This document shows positions 8,825 to 18,620 of a stretch of 64,000 nt of DNA, piece by piece. The DNA is from Vulcanimicrobiales bacterium. Its GTDB lineage: Bacteria > Vulcanimicrobiota > Vulcanimicrobiia > Vulcanimicrobiales > Vulcanimicrobiaceae. Numbering within the stretch: the stretch's first letter is position 1; every line of letters starts with the position of its first letter. A program made the position numbers and the translations under genes. The stretch lies in assembly GCA_038215615.1 (NCBI GenBank), contig JBBQQR010000004.1, positions 73,888 through 137,887 on the forward strand. Direction: 5' to 3'. Under the pieces are notes generated by a model that searched no databases, had not been told where the DNA came from, and saw only the letters and a list, made by a program, of their open reading frames with translations.

Positions 8825-10797
8825 GAGCGGGCTGACATACTCCGCCGGACCGTGAGCGCTCGCCTTGTGGATTTCTTGTGGAGAGCTAAAGCTTTAAATG
8901 CCTGCTCGATGGAGGCAACCGGAATCACTTCGATTCCCGCGAGCGTCCGATCGATTTCGCGCACGTTTTCCTTGGGCACGAGGATCGCGCGCATGCCCGC
9001 CTGTCGCGCCGCGTACAATTTCTCAATGATGCCCCCGACCGGACGAACCTTGCCTTGTATCGAGAGTTCGCCCGTCATCGCCACGTCTTGCGGAACCGGC
9101 GTCTTGCTTAACGCCGAGTACAGGGCGAGAAAAATTGCCAGGCCGGCCGATGGGCCATCGATATTTCCGCCGCCGATCACGTTTATGTGCAGATCGTAAT
9201 TTGCCGTATCGAGTCCCGTAACGGCGCGCAAGACCGCAGCGGCGTTAAAGACGCTGTCTTTGGCCATCTTGCCGGCCGCATCGTTGAAGCGCACCGAGCC
9301 TTTTCCACGTGCGCCCGCGCTGAATGCCACGGCTTCGATCTCGATGATGCTGCCTAAATAGTGCAGTACGCCCAAACCGAACGTCTTTCCGATCTCGCGC
9401 GCCGCCCGTCCACGCACCAAGGTGTGCGGGACCAGCCGCCCCGCCTGGACGACATTGCGCACGTGCTCTTCAGTAATCAGTACGTTCTCGGCGCGGCGCG
9501 GTTTGGGGGTCTTCGCAGGGGCTTTGGCGCGGTAGAGCGCCTCTCCGAAGGCATCGGCCACAATTTGCACCGCCTGACGCCCTTCAATCGTGTACGAGGC
9601 GATCAGTTGCGGTACGCGGCGCTCGGCCTTCGCGCCCAGCCGCTTAATGGCGGCGCCGACGATCGAGACGATTTGCGACTGCGTCAGCGGTTCAAAGTAG
9701 ACGGCGGCCGCGCGCGACCGGATGGCAGGATCGATATCGCCGGGCTCGCGCGTCGTCGCACCGATCAAGATGAAATCGGCCGGCGCGCCTTCCCGGAAAA
9801 GTTTTTTGATGTACTCCGGCACGTTGGCCGAGCTCTCGTCATAATAGGAAGACTCGAACGTGACGCGCTTGTCCTCGAGCACTTTGAGCAGTTTCGTCTG
9901 GAGCAGCGCGTCCATCTCGCCGATCTCGTCTATGAAGAGCACGCCTCCATGCGCGCGGGTCACCATGCCCAGCTTCGGTTCGGGAATGCCGCCGTCGGCG
10001 AATTCGCGCCGGCTGCCCTGGTAAATGGGATCGTGCACGCTTCCCAGCAGCGGGTTGGTCGTTTCGCGCGGATCCCAGCGCAGCGTCGTTCCGCTGGCCT
10101 CGATAAAGGGCGCGTCTTTGGCAAACGGCGTGTACGCGCGCGCCTTGGCCACCTCGAGCGCCAGCCGCGCGACGGTCGTCTTGCCGACGCCGGGCGGACC
10201 GTACAAGATGACGTGCTGCGGATAGGGCGATGAAATCTTGGCTAACAGCGAACGGATCGCAGCTTCTTGCCCGACGATTTCCTTGAATGACTGCGGGCGC
10301 AGCAATTGCAGCGCCGACGCCGCCAAACCGCGATCGTTGAGCTGCTGCAATTCTTGCAGTTTCTTCTGCGTCGCCGGTGTTTCCGGGCCTGAGTCTTCGC
10401 GCAGCGCTTCCAGTTTCAAATCTTTGAGGTAATCCTGGTGACGCTCGATCATCTTCGTGTTGATCTTGCGCTCGATCGAATCTTCAACGTTCTTCTGCGC
10501 GATCAAATCGGCGAGCTGCTCTTCGATTTCTCCTAAAGCCCGCCGGAAGCTGGGGCGACCCGTGACGCGCTCGATGGTCGGGTCTTCGAAGACCAGCCGC
10601 TGCAGCGCGCAGATGCGGTCCGGCAGCGCGCCCGAGCGCATCATTTTCAGCGCGTTCATTTTACCCGCGCGCAGAACCAACTTGTCCGAGCCGATCGTGT
10701 TGGCGAGCACGTCGTAGAGCGCCGAAACGTAGCGGCCCATCTCGTCTTCGCTGCCGAATTTACGACGGAACCTTACTACGTAGGGACTGTCGCTCAC
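8821..10797 (-). CDS. lonC: Lon-family ATP-dependent protease (LonC type)
   Basis: GPPGVGKT, LFIDEIGE, DGPSAG catalytic Ser, VGGIIEK; lies between rplI and dnaB as in Clostridia. Confidence 0.88.
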   Translation of the reverse strand: MSDSPYVVRFRRKFGSEDEMGRYVSALYDVLANTIGSDKLVLRAGKMNALKMMRSGALPDRICALQRLVFEDPTIERVTGRPSFRRALGEIEEQLADLIAQKNVEDSIERKINTKMIERHQDYLKDLKLEALREDSGPETPATQKKLQELQQLNDRGLAASALQLLRPQSFKEIVGQEAAIRSLLAKISSPYPQHVILYGPPGVGKTTVARLALEVAKARAYTPFAKDAPFIEASGTTLRWDPRETTNPLLGSVHDPIYQGSRREFADGGIPEPKLGMVTRAHGGVLFIDEIGEMDALLQTKLLKVLEDKRVTFESSYYDESSANVPEYIKKLFREGAPADFILIGATTREPGDIDPAIRSRAAAVYFEPLTQSQIVSIVGAAIKRLGAKAERRVPQLIASYTIEGRQAVQIVADAFGEALYRAKAPAKTPKPRRAENVLITEEHVRNVVQAGRLVPHTLVRGRAAREIGKTFGLGVLHYLGSIIEIEAVAFSAGARGKGSVRFNDAAGKMAKDSVFNAAAVLRAVTGLDTANYDLHINVIGGGNIDGPSAGLAIFLALYSALSKTPVPQDVAMTGELSIQGKVRPVGGIIEKLYAARQAGMRAILVPKENVREIDRTLAGIEVIPVASIEQAFKALALHKKSTRRALTVRRSMSARS

Positions 10798-11246
10798 GCC
10801 GGCTCCGCGACGACGTCCAGTGTCGCTTTGGCAACGACGCTCCTTCCCAGTCGAATCTCGACCGGATAGGTGCCCACAGCTTTGATGGCCGCCTTCATTT
10901 CAATTTTGTGTTTGTCGACCGGCGCCGAAAACGTTTGCGTGAAGGCTCGTGCGACGTCCGCGGTGGTTACCGCACCGAAGAGCCTCCCGCTTTCGCCGGC
11001 CTTGGCACGCACGACGACCGGCTTACTTTCCAACAGGGCCGCCAGTTCCCGAGTTTCGGCCAGGGACTCGGCCTCGCGCTTGTCGTGCGCTTTCTTCTGC
11101 TCGTCGAGCACCGTCAAAGCGCCCTTGCTGGCTTCGGTCGCCAGTTTGCGGGGCAGCAAGAAATTCCGCGCGTAGCCCTCGGCGACGTCGACGACTTGGC
11201 CTTTTTTGCCGAGCGGCTTCACGTCGCTCAGCAAGATCAGGCGCAC
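10794..11246 (-). CDS. rplI: 50S ribosomal protein L9
   Basis: LGKKGQVVDVAEGYARNFLLP; GRLFGAVT. Confidence 0.98.
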   Translation of the reverse strand: MRLILLSDVKPLGKKGQVVDVAEGYARNFLLPRKLATEASKGALTVLDEQKKAHDKREAESLAETRELAALLESKPVVVRAKAGESGRLFGAVTTADVARAFTQTFSAPVDKHKIEMKAAIKAVGTYPVEIRLGRSVVAKATLDVVAEPA

Positions 11247-11250
11247 GGAC

Positions 11251-11508
11251 CTACTCGGTGACGAACGGTAAAAAGGCGATAATACGCGCGCGCTTCACCG
11301 CGACGGTCAAGAGCCGCTGATGTTTGGCGCAGTTTCCCGAGATGCGGCGCGGCAAAATCTTGCCACGTTCGGAGACGTATTTCCTCAAGCGCATGACGTC
11401 TTTATAATTGATGTCGATCGTGCGCTCGGTGCAGAACGTGCACGGCTTCTTTTTTACGCGACGGTCTTTGACCACGCGTTTGGTCTTCAGTTTGGTTTTG
11501 GGGGGCAT
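11251..11508 (-). CDS. rpsR: 30S ribosomal protein S18 (zinc-binding form)
   Basis: [35 protein letters not shown]. Confidence 0.98.
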   Translation of the reverse strand: MPPKTKLKTKRVVKDRRVKKKPCTFCTERTIDINYKDVMRLRKYVSERGKILPRRISGNCAKHQRLLTVAVKRARIIAFLPFVTE

Positions 11509-11593
11509 TCGAGTTTCCTTTGCTAGGTGGATAGCGCCCCCGGACGCGCCGGAGGCCTAGCGAAGTGACGCAGCGCGCCACTGCCTTGGGCGG

Positions 11594-11878
11594 TTAAATC
11601 CGGCGCGGTTCTCCCGCCCGGTAGCGATAGACGATGCGCCCCTTCGTGAGGTCGTAGGGCGAAATCTCGAGCTCGACCCGGTCCCCAGGCAGAATTCTGA
11701 TGCGGTGGCGGCGCAGACGGCCGGCAACGTGGGCCAGGACCGTGTGCGAGTTCTCCAGCTCAACGGAGAAGCTGGCGCTGGGGAAAACTTGCACGATCGT
11801 GCCGAAAACCTCAAGGGGCGCCTCTTTGGTGGCGCTGGGCTTGCGGCGCTCGAGCGGTTGCTTGGAGCCTCGTCTCAA
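11594..11878 (-). CDS. infA: Translation initiation factor IF-1 with basic extensions (TTG start, uncertain)
   Basis: [49 protein letters not shown]. Confidence 0.93.
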   Translation of the reverse strand: MRRGSKQPLERRKPSATKEAPLEVFGTIVQVFPSASFSVELENSHTVLAHVAGRLRRHRIRILPGDRVELEISPYDLTKGRIVYRYRAGEPRRI

Positions 11879-12104
11879 CTGCTATGGTCCTTCGTGGGAG
11901 AGGTGCGGGGGCGACCGGAGGTGGTTCGAGGCCCCCTGGGGGGTCACCCTGGCCGATCCGGCCACCTAGTGAAACCTTCGCCGATGGCGAAGCGTTGCAG
12001 GAGGGTTATCAGGCTTCGAAGTCCGCATGGTCTACGTTCCAAGTACTAGCGAGTCGGATCCAGAGAATAACTCACAACTAAAAACTAGGAGACTCGTTAG
12101 ATAT

Positions 12105-12422
12105 ATGTATACCGATGAAACGCTGACCTGTGTGGATTGTGGACGTCAGTTCACGTTCACGACCGGCGAACAAGAATTCTTCGCCAGCAAAGGCTTCACC
12201 AACAAACCCAGTCGTTGCACCGATTGCCGTGCAGCCCGCAAGTCGGGCCGTTCGGGCGGCGGCAGCGGTGGCGGCGGCGGTGAAGGCTACGGCCGTCAGC
12301 GCGAAATGTTCACTGCGACGTGCAGCCAATGCGGCGGCGTAGCGGAAGTTCCGTTCCAACCGCGTGGCGACAAGCCCGTGTATTGCCGCGACTGCTTCGC
12401 GCAACGCCCCAGCTACCGATAA
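12105..12422 (+). CDS. Zinc-ribbon / CxxC-x17-CxxC domain protein
   Basis: LTCVDCG..FT.GEQEFF..KGF.NKPSRCTDCR, Gly-rich linker, CSQCG..VPFQP...PVYCRDCF; AGGAGA SD. Confidence 0.92.
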   Translation: MYTDETLTCVDCGRQFTFTTGEQEFFASKGFTNKPSRCTDCRAARKSGRSGGGSGGGGGEGYGRQREMFTATCSQCGGVAEVPFQPRGDKPVYCRDCFAQRPSYR

Positions 12423-12475
12423 AGTAAGCCTCTCCCGTAGAGGGAGAGAGACTCGCTAACATAAAGGGCCGCCTC

Positions 12476-15133
12476 GTGCGGTCCTTTATCGTAGCCGCGG
12501 GGCTTATCGCTGCCGTGCTTTTTGGCGCACGGCCCGCGCTCCAAGCGCTCGAGCGTTCGAGCGATCGCAATCCCTGCGGACGCGCGCTCCCGGTTCCATC
12601 CGCTTTGCGTTTGCCGGCGACCGTTCCATCAGGCGAGCCGGTCGCGCTGGAGCACACGCTGCTCGATTACTTGAGCTCGTACCGCTACCGCGATTTGGGA
12701 TGGTGCGTTGATAAGAGCTTGCGCGACACCGGTCCCTACATCCACGGCATTGCCTACGGCGTGCATCCGACCGTCCGGATCTATTACTCGCCCGAAGTCA
12801 TGCAGTGGCTTCACAACGGGCAGCGCGGCATGCCGGCCGACGGCGCCGTGATCATCAAAGAACAATACGAGATGCCCAAACCGGCTGCGGCGTTCGCCGG
12901 AGAAACCGGCGCGCAGCTCCGGCCGACGGATTGGACGATCATGATCCGTCGCGCGTCGGCGTCGCGCGACGGCTGGTTCTGGGCAGAAGTTTATCAAGGC
13001 ATGTTCGCCGCTCAAAATGCGGCGCAGACGCAATATCCGAGCGCGGGATTCGGCATCTACTGTTTGCGCTGCCATGCTTCAGCCGCAAAAGCGCTTACGT
13101 TCGTTTCGCTGGAAAATATCGCGGGGTATCCCGGTACACCGCTTCACTACTTCATCGACAATTCGTGGCGCGTGAAAAAACCGCCGCCGCCGCAAGCCGC
13201 CGCCGCTTCACAGCCCGCTCCGTCCCCTTCGCAAGCACCACTCGCGGTTCAAACTTTCCCGCCCGAATCGGTCGACACGTATCTTGCAAAAGCGCACGGC
13301 GCGCACGTTTTCGTAACCTCCGACCAGTGCATGGGATGCCACAGCGCCGCCCCCGGCCTTCCGCGTGGCCCGCTGGCTTGGGTGCGTGGATTCAACGTTT
13401 CCGCATACGGCGAATGGCGGTGGTCGCCGATGGCGCTGGCCGGGCGCGACCCGGTCTTTTATGCTCAGTTCGAATCCGAGCTCGCGTATCTGAATACGAT
13501 GAAAGACCCGCACGCGCGCAACGCGCTGCGCGGACAGATAACCGCCATCTGCTCAACCTGCCATGGCGTGATGGCCAAACGCGCCCTCGCGCTCGATCAT
13601 CCGCATCTGACGTTCACGCCGCAGATGGTTTTCGACGCCGACCCTTCGCATTGGAGTTACCATTACGGCGGTCTGGCGCGCGACGGCATCAGCTGCGCGG
13701 TCTGCCATCATATCGTGCAGACGAAGACGCCGGCCGGCCAGACGCCCCTCGCTTTTTTCTTGGATCATAAGATTAACGGCGAATACGATCTGGGCGCGCC
13801 TGACAAAATATACGGCCCGTTCAAAAACAACGAGATCGTCACACACCCCATGAACGAGGCGCTAGGCGCCAAGCCGCACTATTCACCTTACGTTACGTCG
13901 TCACGACTCTGCGGAAGCTGCCACACGATCAATTTGCCCGTCGTCGATGCTCCGCCCGTCGCCGCCGTTCCCAAAGAACACAGCGTCGAGCAAGCCACCT
14001 ATGTCGAATGGCTCAACAGCCGCTTCCAAAACGAATACGGCGCGCTGCCCGGCGCGAAATCGTGTCAGGATTGCCATATGCCGGCGGGCATTCACGACGA
14101 CGCCCGCGGAGTCGCGCTGACCCACATCGCGACGAAGATGGCGCTCATCGAGGACACGAGCTATCCCGCCACGACCGGCGCCGCGCCCCACGCCGATCTC
14201 AACGTGCGGTTTCGCAAGACCGGCTTCCGCCGTCACGAGCTGCTAGGACTCAACGCTTTTCTACTCTCGCTCTTCAAACAGTATCCCGATGTCCTAGGCG
14301 TGCGGCTCAACGATTACATGAGCGGCTCCTCGACCGGCCTCGACGATGCAATCGCGCACGTCATGCAGCAGGCGCGCACCGCGACCGCAAAAGTCTACGT
14401 GCGAACGAGCGTTACAGGCCGGAAACTGATCGCCGACGTGGAGGTCGTCAATCTGACCGGCCACCGTTTTCCGAGCGGCGTTGGGTTCAGGCGGGCATTT
14501 CTCGATGTCGAAGTGCGCGACGGAGCAACTCCGTTCTTCGTTTCGGGCCGACCCGACGCCAAGGGCCGCATTTTAGGGCCGGGCGGCCGCGTACTCCTCA
14601 GTGAATTCTTTAGCGCCGGTCGGGACGGCCGCCAGCAATACCAAGATCACTTTGACGAAGCGAACCCGATCACGCGACCCGATCAGGTACAAATATTCGA
14701 AGAGCTGACTCGCGATCACAGCGGACATTTTACGACGTCGTTCATCCGTCGCGACCAGGACGTCAAGGATAACCGTTTGCTGCCGCAAGGCTGGTCGAAG
14801 ACCGGGCCAACGCCGACATTGCCCGAGTATTTTCTGCGGGCGACGTACCCGCACGGCCGCGCCGCAAGCGACCCGCGTTATCAGGACGGAATGGGCCATG
14901 CGATCGTGCGGTACGTCGTGATGCTGCCGCCGTCCGTGGATCCGCGGCGCGTGCGTGTCGATGCGACCCTCTACTATCAGTCCTGGGAGCCGTTCTTCAT
15001 CGCCGAGCGCTCGAGCGGCACCGGAACGGCGGCGCAGCGTTTCGCCGCGCTTGTCAATCGCTTAGATCTCGCGAAAACGGCGCTCGCGGGCTGGAAGATC
15101 AAGATTGCGGCAGGCTCGGGTCGCGCGAAGTGA
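12476..15133 (+). CDS. Exported multiheme c-type cytochrome with N-terminal cytochrome P460-like domain
   Basis: Signal peptide; six CxxCH (CLRCH, CMGCH, CSTCH, CAVCH, CGSCH, CQDCH); DGAVIIKE..IMIR..DGWFW before the first heme. Confidence 0.85.
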   Translation: MRSFIVAAGLIAAVLFGARPALQALERSSDRNPCGRALPVPSALRLPATVPSGEPVALEHTLLDYLSSYRYRDLGWCVDKSLRDTGPYIHGIAYGVHPTVRIYYSPEVMQWLHNGQRGMPADGAVIIKEQYEMPKPAAAFAGETGAQLRPTDWTIMIRRASASRDGWFWAEVYQGMFAAQNAAQTQYPSAGFGIYCLRCHASAAKALTFVSLENIAGYPGTPLHYFIDNSWRVKKPPPPQAAAASQPAPSPSQAPLAVQTFPPESVDTYLAKAHGAHVFVTSDQCMGCHSAAPGLPRGPLAWVRGFNVSAYGEWRWSPMALAGRDPVFYAQFESELAYLNTMKDPHARNALRGQITAICSTCHGVMAKRALALDHPHLTFTPQMVFDADPSHWSYHYGGLARDGISCAVCHHIVQTKTPAGQTPLAFFLDHKINGEYDLGAPDKIYGPFKNNEIVTHPMNEALGAKPHYSPYVTSSRLCGSCHTINLPVVDAPPVAAVPKEHSVEQATYVEWLNSRFQNEYGALPGAKSCQDCHMPAGIHDDARGVALTHIATKMALIEDTSYPATTGAAPHADLNVRFRKTGFRRHELLGLNAFLLSLFKQYPDVLGVRLNDYMSGSSTGLDDAIAHVMQQARTATAKVYVRTSVTGRKLIADVEVVNLTGHRFPSGVGFRRAFLDVEVRDGATPFFVSGRPDAKGRILGPGGRVLLSEFFSAGRDGRQQYQDHFDEANPITRPDQVQIFEELTRDHSGHFTTSFIRRDQDVKDNRLLPQGWSKTGPTPTLPEYFLRATYPHGRAASDPRYQDGMGHAIVRYVVMLPPSVDPRRVRVDATLYYQSWEPFFIAERSSGTGTAAQRFAALVNRLDLAKTALAGWKIKIAAGSGRAK

Positions 15134-16637
15134 GCGCGATCATGATCGCGATGGCGACCGCAACCGATAGCGCTGCGCAGACGAGCAGCGCGTCGTGCAT
15201 GGCGTGAACGAACGACTTGTGCACGAGGGCTGTAAACTTGCTCGCGACAGCGAGCAGATCGCCGTGCACAACGGCGCGCGTCGTTTGCGCGATCGCCCGC
15301 TGAGAAGCGTGCAGCTTGTTCATGCGCTCGGCGATCCGGCTGCTCATGCCCGCCGCAAGCAACGAACCTAGCACGGCTATCCCGAACACGCCGCAAATCG
15401 AGCGCCCGAAGGCCAGCGTTCCGGAAGCGAACCCCTCATCCGGCGCGTCGATGACCGCTAAGCCCACCGCCGAGGCGGGTGTGCAGATGATGCCCCAGCC
15501 CAGTCCCGCCAGGGCGAGGGCAGCCGCCACCTCCCACGGCGGCGTGCTTTGTACGGCCGTGGCGAGCCAGACGATGCCGGAAATAGAACACACGAAACTG
15601 AGCACGATATTCCATGGCAATCCGAGTTTTTGTCGCAGCGCATTGCTGAAAACATTCGCCAGAAAGTACGCGGCGTTGCACGGTATCAAACACAGCCCCG
15701 CCGCAATTTCGGAGAGTCCCTGAATATCTTGCATGAAAAGCGAGATGAGCAGCATGACGCCGTACCATGCAAAGTTCACGAGGCCCAGCAACAGCACGGC
15801 AACGTTGAAAGCGCGCAGCTTGAAATAGTGCAGGTGAATCATGGGCCACTTTGCGTACCGTTCGACGGCAAGAAAAAGCGCAAAGCCGACTCCGGCAATC
15901 CCAAAGGCGGTCAGAATGACGGGCGAGGTCCAGCCGCTAGAGTTCCCTTCGATCATCGCATAACTGATCGCGACGATGGCGCCAATGCTGAGCAACTGCC
16001 CCCACAAGTCGCTCCCCGTTTTTAAGTGCGGCGTATTTTCGGTCGCGAAAAACAGACTCGCGATGACGATCAGGCCGAGCGCAGCGGAAAGATAGAATAT
16101 TGCCGGCCACGCAATCCATTGCACGAGAGCTCCGCCGGCGAGTGGCGCGACGCCCGCCGCCAGCGCGGCCACCGTCGAATATAGCGCGATCGTCGAATCT
16201 CTCGCCCGGGCGCCTGGCGCAGTCTCCAGCAGCAAGGCCAGCGGTAGCGAGAGCAGCGCCGCGCCGCCGATTCCCTGGGCGGCGCGAGCAACGATGAGTT
16301 CGACCGGATCGCGGGAAAGCGCGCAAGCGATCGACGCAAGCACGAACAGTCCCACGCTCAAGCCCAACGTTTTCTTACGTCCCAACTGATCGCCGATCGT
16401 GCCGGCTGCCAGCGTGAAGCTTCCCTCCATTAGCGGATAGATGCTGACGATCCACTGTTGATCGCTAATGCCCGCGTGCAACGACTGGCGCATCGCAGGC
16501 AGTGCTAAGTAAACGATGCTCACGTTGAGCACCGAGACAAAGGCCGCCAAATAGAGACCGCATCGCGCGAACGGCGTGCGCCAATCGATCGCAGCGGCTC
16601 GCACGGCGAACCGCGGGCGGACAGGTACTACATGCAA
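15099..16637 (-). CDS. MFS transporter, DHA2 (EmrB/QacA-like) family
   Basis: LNVSIVYLALP, GDQLGRK, ARAAQGIGG; about 14 hydrophobic segments. Confidence 0.9.
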   Translation of the reverse strand: MHVVPVRPRFAVRAAAIDWRTPFARCGLYLAAFVSVLNVSIVYLALPAMRQSLHAGISDQQWIVSIYPLMEGSFTLAAGTIGDQLGRKKTLGLSVGLFVLASIACALSRDPVELIVARAAQGIGGAALLSLPLALLLETAPGARARDSTIALYSTVAALAAGVAPLAGGALVQWIAWPAIFYLSAALGLIVIASLFFATENTPHLKTGSDLWGQLLSIGAIVAISYAMIEGNSSGWTSPVILTAFGIAGVGFALFLAVERYAKWPMIHLHYFKLRAFNVAVLLLGLVNFAWYGVMLLISLFMQDIQGLSEIAAGLCLIPCNAAYFLANVFSNALRQKLGLPWNIVLSFVCSISGIVWLATAVQSTPPWEVAAALALAGLGWGIICTPASAVGLAVIDAPDEGFASGTLAFGRSICGVFGIAVLGSLLAAGMSSRIAERMNKLHASQRAIAQTTRAVVHGDLLAVASKFTALVHKSFVHAMHDALLVCAALSVAVAIAIMIALTSRDPSLPQS

Positions 16638-16638
16638 G

Positions 16639-17775
16639 CTAGGCGGGGGCGGTGGATGAGAGCGCGCACTTGTTCATGCCGACTTCGAGCTCTTCGGCAC
16701 GCTCGGCGGAAATGGGCGCCCCAAGATTGATCTTTCTTATCTCGGCATAAGCCGCAGGCTGACTAGAATGAGAGACTCGCTCTTCTACGCTCTCCACGAA
16801 CGCATCGCGATCGGTGATCGCGGCGCCCGCCAGCAGCGTCCCCAGCCGCCGTTCACAAGCACCGCGTGCATCGAATTGCGCCGCCGAAGCGGCGTGCGCA
16901 GGCAACACTGTCGTCTGCGGATCGAGTTTTCCGAGCACGCCGGAAAGCGACTCGTAGAGATGCTGCGTCCATTCGCGCGCTTTGTTTCCGAGATCCGGCC
17001 TGCCGACGCCCTCGGGCAGCAGCGTGTCGCCGCTGATCAAATAGCGATCGTTCACGAGCAGCGCCGTGCTTCCCAGCGTATGTCCGGGAACGGGAAGCGT
17101 CAGCGCCACAATCTTCGCGCTGCCGATCTCGAACTGCTTAGGCATTGAGTCGCGTTTGAGCGAACTGCCCTGCGCGTCTTCATCGGCCAAATGATAACCG
17201 CCGCCCGCATCGCGTGAAAGCGCCGGGCTTCCCGAAAGATGGTCGGCGTGCAAATGCGTATCGGCGGTGGCACCGATGCGCAGCCCGCTCCGTTCGGCGA
17301 AATCGCTGTAGACGTCGCCGTAACGGGTTGCGTCGACGACGAGCGCCTCTCCGTCAGACGCGACGATGTACGAAAGACAACCCTTGGCGGGACGCACGAC
17401 TTGGTAGAGAGCAAAGGCGTCGCCGGGTTGATTCAAGCGAACGACCCGGTGGTGCGCGGCCCATGCCAGCATGCCGCCGTCTACGTTGATCGCATTGAGG
17501 CCGCGCTCGCGCAACACGCCGGTGACATATTGCGACGATCGCCCGCGGGCGCAAATAACGTAGATGGACTCGGCGGCGGGCAGGCGCGCGAGCGCGCCTT
17601 CTTCGTCTTGGGCGAATTCAGAATACGAAACGTTCGCGAACGTGGGAATCCCCGGGCCCTCGGGATGCCATTGCACCGAATCCTCCGCATCGCGCGCGTC
17701 CAGCAGCACCGCACCGGGATCCGCCGTGCCTTGCAGCAGCCGGTCGAAGTGCGCAATGTCCACGGAATGCTTCAT
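16639..17775 (-). CDS. Rhodanese + MBL-fold hydrolase fusion (persulfide dioxygenase-like)
   Basis: LDAR..ICARGRSS..GGMLAW rhodanese; KGCLSY, DTHLHADH, PGHT, GRPDL, PAH MBL motifs. Confidence 0.88.
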   Translation of the reverse strand: MKHSVDIAHFDRLLQGTADPGAVLLDARDAEDSVQWHPEGPGIPTFANVSYSEFAQDEEGALARLPAAESIYVICARGRSSQYVTGVLRERGLNAINVDGGMLAWAAHHRVVRLNQPGDAFALYQVVRPAKGCLSYIVASDGEALVVDATRYGDVYSDFAERSGLRIGATADTHLHADHLSGSPALSRDAGGGYHLADEDAQGSSLKRDSMPKQFEIGSAKIVALTLPVPGHTLGSTALLVNDRYLISGDTLLPEGVGRPDLGNKAREWTQHLYESLSGVLGKLDPQTTVLPAHAASAAQFDARGACERRLGTLLAGAAITDRDAFVESVEERVSHSSQPAAYAEIRKINLGAPISAERAEELEVGMNKCALSSTAPA

Positions 17776-17784
17776 GCACTGCTC

Positions 17785-18267
17785 CTAGTGGTGAAATGCG
17801 ACGAGCGCGGGTTTGGTGATCATCAAGACCAGCGCCAGCAGCGGAGCGAGCAGGGCAACCGTCCCCCAAACTTCCCAGCGGCGCGACAGTTTCCGGTAAG
17901 CTTCGCTTGTAAGCGACGTACCGGCCGACGCGAGCTCGGCAAGCTCGCGCTGGGCGCGCGAAACCGGCCCGAAGGCCACGCCGGCGATTGCGAAGAGCAC
18001 CAGCGACCACAGAATCCAGCCGGTGCCCAGAATCGTCCACCCGCTTATCGAGGCCGCGCCGAAGCCGGCGATCAGAATCACGATGATCGACGGAATCGTG
18101 ATCAGGCGGTCGCTCAGTATGATTCCGCGCAAGGTGTGCGCGGCAATATCAGGGCGGCCGCTCCGGTCGGCGATCGCTTTCCAGAATAATCCGGTCGCGA
18201 TATTGCCGAGAAATGCGACCACCGCAAGAACATGGACGAGCTTTAACAACAAATAAGCGTTATACAT
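17785..18267 (-). CDS. DUF2269-like integral membrane protein
   Basis: YLLLKLVHVLAVVAFLGN..LMITKP; four TM segments. Confidence 0.8.
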   Translation of the reverse strand: MYNAYLLLKLVHVLAVVAFLGNIATGLFWKAIADRSGRPDIAAHTLRGIILSDRLITIPSIIVILIAGFGAASISGWTILGTGWILWSLVLFAIAGVAFGPVSRAQRELAELASAGTSLTSEAYRKLSRRWEVWGTVALLAPLLALVLMITKPALVAFHH

Positions 18268-18353
18268 CGATCACGGCTCCGGAAGGTCTTTCGGCACGCT
18301 CTTGGGCAAGATTGAAGTCCCAGCCTTTTTCTCCAAGGAGGCCACAGACAGCG

Positions 18354-18620
18354 ATGGATCAGTCACGTAAGGACATATCACGCAGCGAGGCGCTCAAAGC
18401 GCTCGTCGTGCTTCCGGCCCTGGCCGGACTGCTCGCGGCCGGTTCGTTTTCGAGCGCCGACGCAGCCGATAACAAGAAGCAATTCAAGTATCAAGACAAA
18501 CCCGGGACTCACGGTCAGAAGTGTTCGGGCTGCCGCTTCTTCAAGAAGCCGAACGGCTGCTCGATCGTGCACGGAAAGATTAGTCCAAACGGCTGGTGCA
18601 TCGCCTGGGCTAAACGCTAG
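18354..18620 (+). CDS. High-potential iron-sulfur protein (HiPIP)
   Basis: KYQDKP..CSGCRFF..CSIVHGKISPNGWCIAW; AAGGAGG SD; Tat-like leader. Confidence 0.9.
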   Translation: MDQSRKDISRSEALKALVVLPALAGLLAAGSFSSADAADNKKQFKYQDKPGTHGQKCSGCRFFKKPNGCSIVHGKISPNGWCIAWAKR

